DNA of 64,000 nt. Source: Takakia lepidozioides. Lineage: Eukaryota; Plantae; Bryophyta. Where the stretch lies: contig CM060734.1 in the NCBI GenBank assembly GCA_030704615.1, positions 51,212,001-51,276,000 on the forward strand, in the 5' to 3' direction. This document shows positions 51,101 through 63,859 of the stretch, piece after piece. Position 1 is the first letter of the stretch. Every line of letters starts with the position of its first letter. The notes below the pieces were generated by a model, which was not told where the DNA came from, ran no database searches, and saw nothing but the letters and a program-made list of their open reading frames with translations. A program made the position numbers and the translations under genes.

Positions 51101-53236
51101 CTGAGCCAGCAAGACGTTGTCGAGAATGTATCTACCTTTGATAAAACCAGCTTGGCCAGTTCGGATGACAGAGGGGAGAAGGGGTTGGAGGCGGAGGGCT
51201 AGAGCCTTGGCAATGATTTTGTAAGCGACATTGAGCAGAGTAATGGGTCTATAGTTTCCAATGTCAGTTTTGTCTACTTTCTTGTGGAGCAAGATAATAA
51301 CTCCCTGAGACATCTGTCTAGGCATTGCACCCTGCCGTTTGATCTCATTGGCCATTTTGAAGTTCACTGTGATTTGTGGCCACATAGCCTTGAAGTACTC
51401 AACTGGCATACCATCTAAACCTGGGGTCTTCCCATTACTCATCTGATGAAGGGCATCTTCCAATTCCATGGGTGTGAAGACCCCAGACAAGGCCATACCT
51501 CCCTCAGTCGACAGTCTATTCGGGGTTGAACGGAGGCAAGAGTCCAGCAGGGTCGAATAATCTGGGCCTAGCTGGTCTGCCTGGAAGAGGGAGCTGAAGT
51601 GGCCAAAGGCCATGGCACATAGCTCTTTGGGATTAGATGATTTATTGTCTGCTTGATCAACGTACAGCTCAGGGATATTAGATTGCATGGCTCTTCGAAG
51701 CTTAATCTTCTAGAAGAAATACTAAGACATTTTCTCTCCTTTGGCAGACCAGTTAATCCCAGCTTGTATTTTCATCCTTAGTTCATTTTGCTCATGAAAG
51801 AGGCCGAGGTTAGCACGAGCCTCGAGATAGGTTTGGAAGGTATGGTCATCACATGATCTAGCCTCTATCTTTGATTGACAGATCCGCAAATATTTTTGCG
51901 AGGCCAAGACTTTTTTCTTACGGGATCTCTTTACTTAGGGTTTGACTTAGCTTGCAAGAGGCCGCCGGTTTGAATTGGAATTTCAAAATGGGGCATTGCA
52001 TATGGTTACCAGTGCTCCTATAGATTGAGGACGAAAGAGACATTTTGAAGGAGAGAGATGTTGAGCTTGTAGATGCCTCTCCCACAGCGATGGGCATTTG
52101 GGAAGGAGAGAGAGGCCTCGATTAAGGCATGGTCGAAGCCCAGAGCTATGGGCTACTGAGGCAGAATGGAAGCGTTGTTAGTAATGGACATAGAAAAGTA
52201 GAATCTGTCAAGGCGAGCCATAGAAAGGTTTTGAAGGTCTCTATTGTTGGTCCAGGTGAAATGGGGATTGTGACCAAGATGAGGAGCCGGGGGATCTATC
52301 TCTGTGAGGCTATGTGTTTGGACGAGAGACAACAAGGAGGCTTCTTCATCAACATGGAGGGAAGAAGTTGCAGACCCTCTCCTGTCCATGTCAGATTCCA
52401 CCATGTTGAAATCACCAGCTAGGAGCCAGTTACCAATGGACTTTTCAGCGGCCATCCGGGCATTGATCAAGTCCCAGAGGGCCAAACGATCAGGCTTTGA
52501 ATTAGGGGCATAGATGTTGAGCAAACCAAGGGGTTCCGGGTCGGATGGGAGGTGGAGAGAGCAGAATTGCACTCTCCCCAGCTCCCAAACTTCTTCTTTA
52601 ACTAGGAATTGCAAGAGGGAGGGGGAGAGAAGAATCGTCGTGCCTCCCTTTGAGCCCTCGTAGGAGGGTTTCCATAGAGCTGAAGCAAGAGGCCAGAGGT
52701 TGTCAGAAAGGTTTTGAATTTTGTGGGGGTTGAGCTTGTGTTCCTGCAGGAAGACAATCGCTTCCGAGGGGATAAGGGGTGCTAGCCAAGACCTTAGTTT
52801 GATTTTCTTGAGGGCGGTCTGGTCAGAGCTGATTCCCCTTATATTCCAAGAAGAAATGCTAACTTGCATCATGAGGGTGAGTCAGGCTGAGCGGGGAGGA
52901 CTCAAATGATGGCCTGTCGGAGGGAAAGTGGAATTTAGTTCTCTTGTCGGAGGGCAACAGTGAGGGAAGCCAACAGTGGTCATTGGGGGCTTCATCAACC
53001 GAACTAGAGAGCTCAATCGTCATTAGGAGAGTGGCTTTGTTGTTTAGATAAAAATTGTTATCACCCGGAAGAGGCTGGAATCTAGAACCTGGCATCCATT
53101 TGTTGTGAATTACTTGGGTCTCCCCGAGGGTTGCATGAAGAAGTCAGAAATGAGAATGAGTTTCAGGGATGTGGATGTATTGCAGGGTAGAGGGCCAGAG
53201 GCTGTGCCAAAGTACATGGAGAAGTCCCCATCTGAG
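51101..53236 (-). mobile_element. L1-type LINE, APE endonuclease and N-terminal RT, truncated at both ends
   Basis: ORF 52153-52872 has SWNIRG, FLQEHK, NIYAPN, GDFN, FTW, RLDRFY. ORF 51089-51688 has KTPGLDG, NYRPITLLNVAYKIIAK, QAGFIKGR..DNVL. Confidence 0.92.
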
Positions 53237-53563
53237 TGTCAAGTTATTTTACCACTAGTGTGAAACTAGCTAGGAAATAGCTAGCTTTTACATATTGACA
53301 TTTGGGATTGGCCCAAGTGTCAATCCAGGGGTCAAGGCAGATTTAGGCCCTGGAGTGGTTATCTTCACGGCAAACGCGGGAGGCTCATCTTTCTCGAGTT
53401 GAGCCACACCGCGCCTAGCTATGGCGCCATAGTGTGGATTCCCCATGGCGTGGGGTGCACTTGGCTTGACTTGTATTTGAGTGATGCGGTTACATATGCA
53501 TGAGTTTATGCTTCAGCTTTGTGAGCTCGCATGAGCTTGTGCTTGTATTCTTCTTCTTTATCA
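53237..53563 (+). repeat. terminal repeat A1 (left end of copy 2)
   Basis: TGTCAAG...TTTATCA, matching 6244-6559. Not preceded by a B repeat. Confidence 0.9.
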
Positions 53564-53577
53564 CTCGAGAAAGATGA
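53563..53577 (+). promoter_or_regulatory. putative self-priming primer-binding site
   Basis: ACTCGAGAAAGATGA is the exact reverse complement of 53385-53399 inside A1. There is no tRNA-type TGG start. Confidence 0.65.
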
Positions 53578-54094
53578 ACTCGTATATGTGAGTGCCAGAT
53601 ACGAGTTAGTTGTAGCACTTGTGGTTTTTGCTTGAGAATGAGAGAAACCAAGTTGTTATGCAAAGAGCACCGTGGAGCTCTTGGTTGTTAGAAGCGGAGG
53701 CAATGTGGGTTACGAGGTGGTAGACCTTGGCATTCGATCTTCAGCTTCAGAGATGAAAGCACCATGCTGCAGGATTGCAAGACCAAGTGAAAGGGCTGAT
53801 TTGGCTTGGGGCAAATCAGTGCACTTTGTGGAGTATGTTGAGATTGGGTTTCAATCTCGAGCTTCAGCATTGAGAGGGCTCTTGTCATGGCAAGAGCAGG
53901 GCTAGAACATGAGCTAAGAGGTGCGGCAAGGCCATGGAATGTGCACCTAGGGTTTCAGAGCTTGGAAGAAGAGCTCTTGCATCACAAGAGGAGTGTCTTG
54001 TGGCTGGAAATGTAAGCCTTAGGGTTTCAGGAGCTTGGCAAGGGCCGTGGAGTGCTTAGTCTTATCTTAGAGAGCATCAAGGAGCTAAGGAGCC

Positions 54095-54545
54095 AAGATA
54101 GGGGGTTGATACCTCTTGTGTGAAGAGGTTGCATGTGTGGAGCATGTATTCAGCTCATTGAAGCTTCCATCTTCAAGCTTGGAGGACAAGCAAGGAAGAG
54201 GGAAGGGCTGACTTCCCTTATGTGAGAGCAATGCATGTGTGGAGCATGCTTTCAGCCTGTTGAAGGCTTGTACTTTCAGGTTTGGGAGTGCAAGAAAAGA
54301 AGGAAGGGGCTGGTTTCCCTGTAGGGCATGTGTGGAGCATGCTTCCAGCCCGCTGAAGCGTGTATTTTCAGGTTGGTGGGTGCAAGAAAGAAAGCAAAGG
54401 GGCTGATTCTCTGGTGGTGAGAGTGGGGCATGTGTGGAGCATGCCTTCAGTCCCATGGGCTTTTGTTTTCAAGCTTTAGAGAACTAGAAGAGAAGGTTAA
54501 GGGGCTGATCTGCTCTTATGTGACAGCCTGACACTTGTAGAGCGT
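54095..54545 (+). repeat. ~100-bp degenerate tandem repeat in the 5' leader
   Basis: GCATGTGTGGAGCATG at 54131, 54233, 54326 and 54428. Confidence 0.8.
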
Positions 54546-54944
54546 GTTCTGAGTTGGGTTTCAACCTCAAGCCTTTATAGAGCATGGCTCTTGAAGTGGC
54601 AGGTGTAGGGGGCTGGAATAGGCTCTAAGACAGATGTTATGGCCAAGGGAAACGCTTGAATGAGTGCTCACAAGGGCTGGAAACCAGAAAGGCTTGGTTG
54701 TTTGTCATTGAGTTTAGTGGCGTGTTTGGGGAGCCTAAGTGAGAAAGAAGGCTTGGTTTGTGGCAACCATCTTCCTCATCGCTTAGGGCTACTATTGGTG
54801 GTGTGTGGGAGCCGAAAGAGCAAGAATACCTTGCTGATTTCTTCACAGCCGCCATAGCTCGGTGCAAAGAAGCCTAGAGTCCAAGAGACACAAACCCTAG
54901 CTTGGCGTGGCTAAACCCCTTGGAGAAATGGCTAAACTGTCATG

Positions 54945-55480
54945 AGTGGCTTGTGGGGCTGTGACGGGTTGTGACAGGCTGTGATGGGCTGTGACAGGCT
55001 GTGCCATGTGGGCTGTGGGGCTGTGACGGGTTGTGAGGGGCTATGACAGGCTGTGCCATGTGGGCTGTGGGGCTGTGAGGGGCTGTGACAGGCTGTGCCC
55101 TGTGCCCTGTGGGGCTGTGAGGGGCTGTGACAGGCTGTGCCCTGTGGCCTGTGGGGCTGTGACGGACTGTGAGGGGTTGTGGCCTTTGGGGCTGTGACCC
55201 CTGTGACCTGTGTAGGGCTATGACAGGCTGTGCCATGTGGCATGTGGGGCTGTGATGGGCTGTGAGGGGCTGTGACAGGCTGTGGCCTTTGGGGCTGTGA
55301 CCTTGTGACCTTTGTAGGGCTGTGACAGGCTGTGCCTGTGGCCTTTGGGGTTGTGATGGGCTGTGATAGGCTGTGATAGGCTGTGATATGTGGCCTTTGG
55401 GGTTGTGATGGGTTGTGGCCTGTGTGGGGCTGTGACGGCTGTGACCAGTGATCTGTGTGGGCTGTGCTGGTCTGTGGTGG
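54945..55480 (+). repeat. GGCTGTG(A) minisatellite in the 5' leader
   Basis: Dozens of GGCTGTGA(C/T/G) units. Confidence 0.92.
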
Positions 55481-56339
55481 CCCGTGTTGACCTGTGGACG
55501 GCCTGTGCTGACTCGTGGAGGCACTGGTGGACTGCCTAAGGACTGGCATGTGGTCTTGAAGGCCGAATTTTGAAGCTCGTGGAGGGCGGTTTGAGGAGTA
55601 TCTTCATGATATTCCCATGGTCATGCAAGTGAGGGAAGAGAGGAGAGGAAGAGTGTTGGGATGAGGGCATGCTGGGGGTTAGGCATTGCTTTAGCTTCTC
55701 TTCCTCGTAGTTTCCACCCTCTCATTAGGCCAAGACCTTTCCGTAGGTGGAGGCAAGAGTCAGTCCGGGTTTGGGCTGGGGTGTCCTTACAGGAGCAACA
55801 CCGTGGAGTTGTTTTTGATGTGGGGGAGTTGTCGTTCTGATTTCTTGTGTTTAGATCCCCTCCATACCTGCATGCTTGACTGTGCACCATGCTAGTTTTA
55901 TGTGGGCGCTTGTTTTTATAGGTGATTGGTCCGGATTTGATCACCGGCCAGTCCTAGAGCATGCTGTCGATGGTGAGGTTGGAGGTGATGACCGGCCAAC
56001 CATAGGAGTGCTTGCGGTGGATGCAGGTACAAGTGTAGACTATGTTAGGAGCTTAGTATTCCAAACCATAAGCCGCAACAGGTTCTCTACCCGGTTACCT
56101 GGTGGAGAGGGGGGTAGGGACATGTTCATGACCGGTTGAGTGTCAACACGGAGGTGCCACTAGTTGCTGGGGACAGTGCCAGTTCGAGCACTAGCGATAC
56201 TAGTGGGTACACGAGACGAGGTGTGCGGTTTAGGCCACCTTCACTTCCTGTGTCTTCTACGGAAGGTTCTGATTCGGATTGTGAATCAAGAGGACTCATA
56301 CCGGCGGTGCAAGTTGTTTCCTTGCCATTGTTGTGGGAC

Positions 56340-57569
56340 ACAATGGAGGAGATGTATTGAGCTACCAAGGGGCCACGAAGGTACTCTGGGGCGGTGGGCA
56401 CCATCGAGTTGGATGATTTTATCCAAGAATTTGATAGTTGGTGTGATTTGCAGCAAATGCGCAATCCACAACTATTTACGCCTTTCATGGCATGGAAGGG
56501 GCTATTTCAGCACCTTGAGGGGCCGCCTATGGATGATTACCATGAGTTCAGGCGGGGGCATGAGGTTGAGATCGAGGAGTGGAGGATGTACTGGTCACCC
56601 GACTATGTCTCCATCACTAGGGGCACTAGAGCCACGATGGCAGTGGCTACACCTGCCGCTGCACCGGCAGCTTCAGCAAGCAGCAGTGGGACTGGTGGTA
56701 CCGTAACTACGACATCCACCCAAGCTACTACCGCACCAGCACCAGTACCCGTGCCTGCCTTCAACCCTGTTGTGGAGTTCTTCGAAGAGTTGAGAGAGAA
56801 TTACCAAGGGGTGAAGACAGAGAAGTTGCGGAGCTTGTAAGAGTTCCAACGGAAGCCGACCGAGAGCTTGAGGGAGGCTTTCACTCGCATGAGGCGCTTG
56901 ATAAATGTAACCCAAGGGGTTACGGAAGCTCAGGCAGTCCAATTCTGGTATGGGATATTGGACAAGGAGCTGAGGAGAAGGGTGCGGGATGCAACTCTCC
57001 TACAAGCGGCCCAACCCACCTTAGCAAATGTGTTTTTGCTGGCAGAGCGGATAGAGCTCAACATGGTGGAGGAACGAGTGGTCATGGTGGGATTTGCTAA
57101 GGAGACACCACGGGGTAGTGGTGCTCCTAGCCAACCACTACCTCAACGTGCTCAATGCAACAAGGGGGCTCGGGTGAAGCTCAGGGAAGGGCAGAGAGGA
57201 CCTCAGATGCAGGGGTCTCTCCCTCCATTTACTGGCCAACAACGGGCGGATGTGGTGTGCTGGACATGTAGAGGACCCCATGTCAAGAAGGATTGCCCAG
57301 AGGGAGGCAAAGGGCCGACACATGCACAGCCTGCACAGTTGCAGTGTGGGCATTGTGGCAAGTACGGGCATAGAGAAGCCCAGTGCCATGGTTTGCATCC
57401 TGAGTTGCGCCCAGGCCAGTTCCAAGGGAACAATGGTGGCCGGGGGCGAGGTGGAGCAACCCAGAGAGGACAAGGTGGCCAGGCACGAGGTGCAGGCCAA
57501 GGGCAAGCTCAACATGGCCAAAGACGCGGAGGTCAGGGTGGTGACCAAGGCATGGCCAACCGGCTTTAG
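56340..57569 (+). pseudogene. gag: gag of copy 2
   Basis: YSGAVGTIELDDFIQEFDSWC, ESLREAFTRM, and knuckles CWTCRGPHVKKDC and CGHCGKYGHREAQCH. In frame with pol. Confidence 0.8.
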
Positions 57570-57779
57570 CAGCTAGAGCAGAGGCTCGCTGCCATGGCCA
57601 TAGCTCAGGTGGTACCGGCTCCAAGGCCGGATGGTCCACCTCTTGCTCCTGAAGGAGGAGACTTGGGAGGCATAGGATTCATGTGCGGGGCAACACTACC
57701 ACTAGTGAGGGGTGCCACTACCACTACCACTATGTGCGGGGCAGGACTACCACTAGTGCAAGTGGAGTGAGCTGCGGCA

Positions 57780-60700
57780 GTGACTCGAGGAGCAGCACGA
57801 GTTCCTGAGCCACAAGGTGCGGAGGTGGAGTTGGATCCACAGCGTGGGGAGGCAAGCCGTCAGGCCAGGCTTCCTCAGTCATTCACATTGGCGGAGACAG
57901 TGTCGATGCCGTCCATGGCACCTAGTTCTTGCCCGACTGTTACCGAGGCGGAAGTTACTATGCCATTGGGGAGAGCTACACGGGCAGCACCACTACCTAG
58001 TGTTGCCAAGGCTACGACAGCTAGTGTGCTATTGGGGGCGGCCACAGCTGTGTGCCAGGCTCCATTGTTCTCGGCTACCATGATTGCGACGCCAGGGGTA
58101 AGACCAGCTGAGGTGTTCAGGCTGGCAGCTACACTCTGTGAGAGTGGGGAGATTACTTCATCTTCTGCGGAGATAGTGGGAGGTGTAGTGCTGGAGGGAT
58201 CCTCGGATGTGAGGGTCAAGACTGCCACGGCGGCGCCATGGCAAGCTGCAGCTGCTAGGTTGATGGAGCTGCCAGCTAGGCCAGCCATTGAGCGCGCAAT
58301 GGTGACACCTGGAGTTGTCAGGTTAGACAACCAGGATGACATTTTCTGTTTGAGTGGACCGGCAGGCAAGAGATACCGGCCACTGTGGGTCTTGTTGGAC
58401 TCAGGAGCTCAGCCATTGATGCTGGGCAGAGCTGCTATTGCAGGCTTGGGCCTCACGGAGGCGGATATGGAGCCTTGTCCTTTCCAGATACAGACGTCTC
58501 TGGGAGGATCGGAGCAGGCTTGGGGCATGACACGGCGTGAGTTGGCTATCAGACTACGGCCCGATCACCCTACAGATGGCTCAGTGATGCGAGCCAAGGC
58601 CATTGTAACAGACGCGATCTCATACGATGTCCTGGTTGGTGGGGCAATGTTGTACCCCATGGGCTTCACCCTGGATTTTTGGGAGGAGTTAGCTTCCTAT
58701 AGGCCTGGATGGCAGTCAGGGGAGGGTCGGCGTGTGCAGCTCCCTGTGACGTTCATAGGAAGCAAGATGCCGATACTAGCAGCATTCACAACGGCAGTGA
58801 GTTGGCCTGGAGAGTTGCTTGAGGGCAACGCTCATTCAGAGGATGTGCCACCTCCGGGAGAGCAGGATGACATGTATGGTATGGCGGAGTTGCCTACCAT
58901 GGTTGCTCAGACTCCATTATGGGGCACGATCAAGGATTTGCAACGGGATGCTGATCGACGGGTGCAACAAGCCTGGGTGGAGGCTTTTGTACCGTCAGGA
59001 GAGGAGGAGAGTGCGGGGATTGCACCAGAACCACCTCAGTTGTCTCCATTGGACACCACACCTATTATGTGGCAGTATCCGGATGAAGGCATTTGTCTTC
59101 TGGACTTGTTTGGTGGGATCAGCACCGGATTGGCTGCTGTGTTACAGGCAGATGTACGAGTTCGGCGTTACCTGTATGTGGAGAGGGATAAGACTGCACA
59201 ACGCGTTTCACTTCGCCATGTTGCTCGGTTGGTGCAGCGGTACCCTGAGTTGTTGCCGGTGTCTGCAGTTCGTGGATATCATTAGGCCTTGCCAGCAGAC
59301 ATTTCGTTGCTAGGGGCGCAGGATTTGGAGCGGGTTGGCTCCATTGATCTGGTAGTGGTAGGTTGGCCCTGCCAAGGGCATTCATCAGCCGGACATGACA
59401 ATGGATTGCGAGACTCGAGGTCGGGTCTGTTTTGGGAGATGGTGTGGGTTTTGCGCCACTTCCAGCTTCATCAAGCTGTATCTCCAGCATACATCTTGGA
59501 GAATGTGCCACTAATGGGCGATTCTCGGGCCAGGGTGATGGCTAGTGTGCAACAAGTCTGGTCATGGCTTAGGTCAGCAGTGTTGCTAGATGTAGCTATA
59601 GTGGGGTCACGGGCTCATCGTCCACGGCTATGGTGGACTAACTTAATGCCACCCGCACTGCTCAAGTGTGCATTTGATGGGGTGCAATGGCCAACACATC
59701 TCACAGTGGATAACATTCTAGACATAGGGAGGTAGTCTCAGCGTGTGAGACACGATGACCGTTCGCCTTTGGTAGTGGTCAACAAGGTGGGTCAACCACG
59801 AGTAGCATTACCTACATTGCTCAGCTTCCCAGGATCGCATGCTTTCCGGGATAGTGGACCTGGCCTCCTGCGGGATGCTCAATTGCAGCAGTTAGTGAAG
59901 CCTAATGCTGACGAGCGTGAGCGGGCAATGGGTTTTACCACTGGTACCACGGCGGTGTTGTCTCTTTCTGAGGCATCACGTCGTTAGGTGTTGGGGCAAG
60001 CAATGGATCTCAATTGCTTGACCTGGATTATCAGCTTGGCTATGGCTGAGCAACGCAGAGTGTGGAGTACACTTCCTTCGATGGTCTCTCTGCCTACCGA
60101 GACGGTACAGGTAGTGAGTGGGGGCGAGCATGTGAGGACCACGGGGTGCAAGCATCCATGGCACACGTGGGAGGTGCTCGAGGTTCAGAGGGAGTTGGCA
60201 GCCAAGGTGGCGGTGATAGATGAGGTTGGGGATTTTTCTCGGGTGGAGGAAGTCCTTGAGGATGAGATGATGGGGCAGGATGAGGCCTTGTCACTTACTG
60301 AGCAGGTAGGGAGTACTGCTCAAGAGGTTACAACATAGTAACCACTGGACGCGTCCTCTACCTCTAAGCCCACTGGACTTAAGGTTGCAGTTATGGAGGA
60401 CAATTGGGAGCCTGACATTGGACCCATTGTAACCGGAGGAGAGAGACGACGTATACGGCGGTTCCTGAGGGCTTACAGGAATTGCTTTGCCTTCAGTTTG
60501 AAGAACTTGGGAGCACTGAAAGGTCAAGAGATCCGTATTGAGTTGGCCACTGACACGCCAATCTTTCGGAGACCCTATAGATACAGTGACATGGAGAGGT
60601 CTTTGATTCAGATGAGGACTCAAGATCTCTGGGAGGCAGGTTTGGTGGAGCTCTCTGGTGGAAAGTATGCTTCAGCCACAGTGATGCCAGCCAAGAAGGA

Positions 60701-63470
60701 TGTCTATGGCAATTGGACGGAGAGACGTATGTGCGGTGATTACCGGCCTGTAAATCGTCAAACCAAGTCCGATAAGTATGCCATGCCAACACCAGAGGAG
60801 ATCTTTGATGCCATCGGGCATGCTAAGGTATTTAGTACTTTGGATTTACGATCTGGATATCACCAGTTGTCAATCAAGGAGGTGGACAAGCAGAAGACGA
60901 CATTCTGGGGGATCAATGAGCACGACAAGGATTCCTATATCAGTGGCGGTTCTTACCATTTGGGCTTAAGAATGCTCTTGCAGAGTTTCAGAGAGTCATG
61001 GATAGGATTCTAGCAGGGGTGGACTTTGCTCGGTGCTACATAGATGACATCATCATCTTTAGTGTTACGGTGGAGGAGCATGAGAGATACCTTCAGGTGG
61101 TATTGGAGCGCTTGAGAGCGCACGGATTGAAGTTGCATCTGGGGAAGTGCAAGTTTTTCCACAACCAGATTGAGTATCTGGGTCACATGATATATCCTGG
61201 AGGATTGGGGGTACAACAAACTAAGGTAGAGGCCATTGTACAAATTCCACGCCCCACGGATGTGAGCCGAGTTCGAGCTTTCATGGGGTTGGCAAACTAT
61301 TATAGACGGTTTGTCAAGGGATTTAGTCCCATTGCAAAGGCTCTAACCAAGCTGACCAAGGTGGACCAGGAGTGGCAGTGGGAAGATGAGCAGGAACGAG
61401 CTTTTCAAGAGCTCAAGGCGAGGTTGACCTCGGCGCCTATCCTGAGACGACCTATCAGGGGGCGTCCTTTTCAGTTGCATACGGATTGGAGCATGCTGGG
61501 GCTTGGAGCGGTGCTCACACAGGTGGATGATGAGGGAAGAGAGTTCGTAGTGGCTTATGCTAGACGCTCGAACAACGCTGCAGAGACTAAGTACAACTCA
61601 TATGAGGGAGAGTGCTTAGCTGCAGTGTGGGCCGTGGCACACTTCTGGTGCTATCTATACGACAATCTTTTCACCCTTGTCACGGATCACCAGCCACTCA
61701 AGTGGTTGATGGAGTCAGACAAGCTTACGGGGAAGCTTGCACGGTGGGCACTCATACTCCAGGAGTATGACTTTCAGGTTGTGCATCGACCGGGTTTGGT
61801 CAATCGGGATGCGGATGGATTGAGTCGCAATCCATGCACGAGCCAGCAGGATGACACTGGAGCTCGGTGGCATGGTGAGACAGACGAGGAGATGGTGCCG
61901 GGATGGCACGCATCTGCATTTTTGTGTATCTTGGCATCGGGAGGTCAGGTTGGACCTACAACAGGCATGACTATAGACGGAGTGTCTGAGGACCCTGATG
62001 CTAGTGATGAGCCAGGTGGTGCCAGAGATATACATGAGGATTCGGCTGTGTTGGACTACCTCCGTACGGGAGACACGGCAACCACTGTGACTGCCAGGGA
62101 GAGGGATCGGATCCTGCAACGAGCCAAGAGGTTCAAGTGGGAGGGGATACACCTACTTCGAGTGTGGGAGGATGGTCGGGTGAGGATTGTGCCTCACCCC
62201 ACATAGCGTGCACGGTTAGTGCGGCATGCCCATGAGGAGTTGGGGCATTTTGGAGTGCGACGCGCTCACAGTTTACTGCAAGGGCAGTATTGGTGGCGTG
62301 GTATGCATACAGAGGTGCAACAATTCGTGGCTAGGTGCATAGTGTGTGACAGGGTGCGTGCTTCATTCAATCTCTACACCACAGTTGCATCATTTACCAA
62401 TCATGGGATTGGGCTACAGGTGGAGTCTTGACTTTGTAGGACCGTTGCCACTAACTATGCGCCACCACAGATATGTGTTGGTGATGGTGGATCACTTCTC
62501 CAAGTGGATTGAGTTGGTTCCATTGCCTAACAAGGCTAATGAGGGAGCTGCGTATGCATTCTTGGATCGTGTGCTTAGCCGATTTGGTGCTCCAGCTGAG
62601 GTACTCACGGACCAAGGGAGAGAGTTCTTGGGGGAGTTTCAGGCTTTGTGTGATAAAACCTTGATAGACCACCGCACCACTTCTCGGGATCATCCTGAGG
62701 CCGATGGCTTGGCAGAGAGAGTTGTTCAGACGGTGAAGAGAGGTTTGCGCAAGTATGGCTTGCAGAAGGGACACCTAGGAGATTGGGATCTTCGGGTTCC
62801 TTGGTTAGCCATGGGCTACAGGTTCAGCAAACAAACATCACTTGCCTCCTTCTCACCATATTTCCTTCTCTTTGGCCGAGAGCCGGATTTGCCTGCAGCC
62901 ATTCGTAGGGACACTGCTCAAGTCCTTAACCTTGACGATCCGGACGTGTGGGTACGTGCATGTGATCAGCGTGCATAGTTGTTCAAGAAAGTCATGCCCA
63001 TGGCTTTTGAGAGCCTTGCCATTGCACAACACCGTGATACGTTGAGGTATGCCACTATACGTGGTGGAGGATATCGTCCTGGGGTTCGGAGGTTTAGCCC
63101 TGGTGACTATGTTTATTTGCAGCAGACTGCTCCTACGACTCTAGATGTTACTGCAGGGCGTGTTATTCTGAGGGTTCGAGAGGTGTTGCCCTCAAGGGTC
63201 CTGATCTTGGAGGGTCAGGATGGCATGACTTGGAAGGACCATGTGCGTAATTGTGCGCCATGTCACCTTCCCAAAGTTGATGGCAGAGTTGACCCAAACT
63301 TGGCAGTGGTACCTGCAGGTTTGAGATGCATGCTCTGTGGGTCTGCCAAAGGGGCAGCCACCATGCTGGTGTGTGATCGATGCTCAAGGGGTTGGCGTAT
63401 GGGATGCTTGACACCACCTCTTGAGAAGGTTCATGACAGAGATTGGTTGTGTCCACACTGCTTGGGATAG
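57780..63470 (+). pseudogene. pol: pol polyprotein of copy 2 (PR-DNMT-RT-RH-INT-PHD), disrupted
   Basis: ORFs 57780-59285, 59289-59735, 59745-59987, 59988-60338, 60393-61013, 60998-62206, 62219-62431, 62346-62978 and 62979-63470. The DNMT (GWPCQ, YILENV, AHRPRLWW) is at about 59084-60010. Confidence 0.92.
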
Positions 63471-63676
63471 TGGTAGTGGGCATGACTGGAGGCAACTAAC
63501 AAGACATGGGAGGCCAAGCTCCTAGGAGTCAATACATGAGATCCCAAGCTCAAGTTCACAGGTTGTAAGATGGCGACTAACGATGGGGCAACTCTTGCAC
63601 TCTTAGTGAGGCTATGGTCACTATCACATCTTGTGACTACCTGGACTTAGAGGGACCTAAGCACCAGCTAGGGGGG

Positions 63677-63857
63677 CGATTGTGTGGACTAGTGACTGCC
63701 ATAATGGGCAACATAGTGGCAGCCTAGTGACAGACTAGTTGTAGCCTAGTGGTTGGACTAGTGGCTAGACTAGTGGTGGACTAGTGTGTGGCGTGCACAT
63801 GTGTTGTGTGGTTTTGGACAGCGATGTAGTTGTGTAGCGATATGTATGCGCACGATA
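63677..63857 (+). repeat. terminal repeat B1 of copy 2
   Basis: Matches 6062-6241 and follows purine tract AGGGGGG (63670-63676). Confidence 0.9.
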
Positions 63858-63859
63858 GC

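Noticed and set aside
54932-55549. His/Ser/Pro/Gln-rich ORFs (also 29059-29493 and the tail of 29114-30208)
   Set aside because: These are translations of the GGCTGTGA minisatellite.
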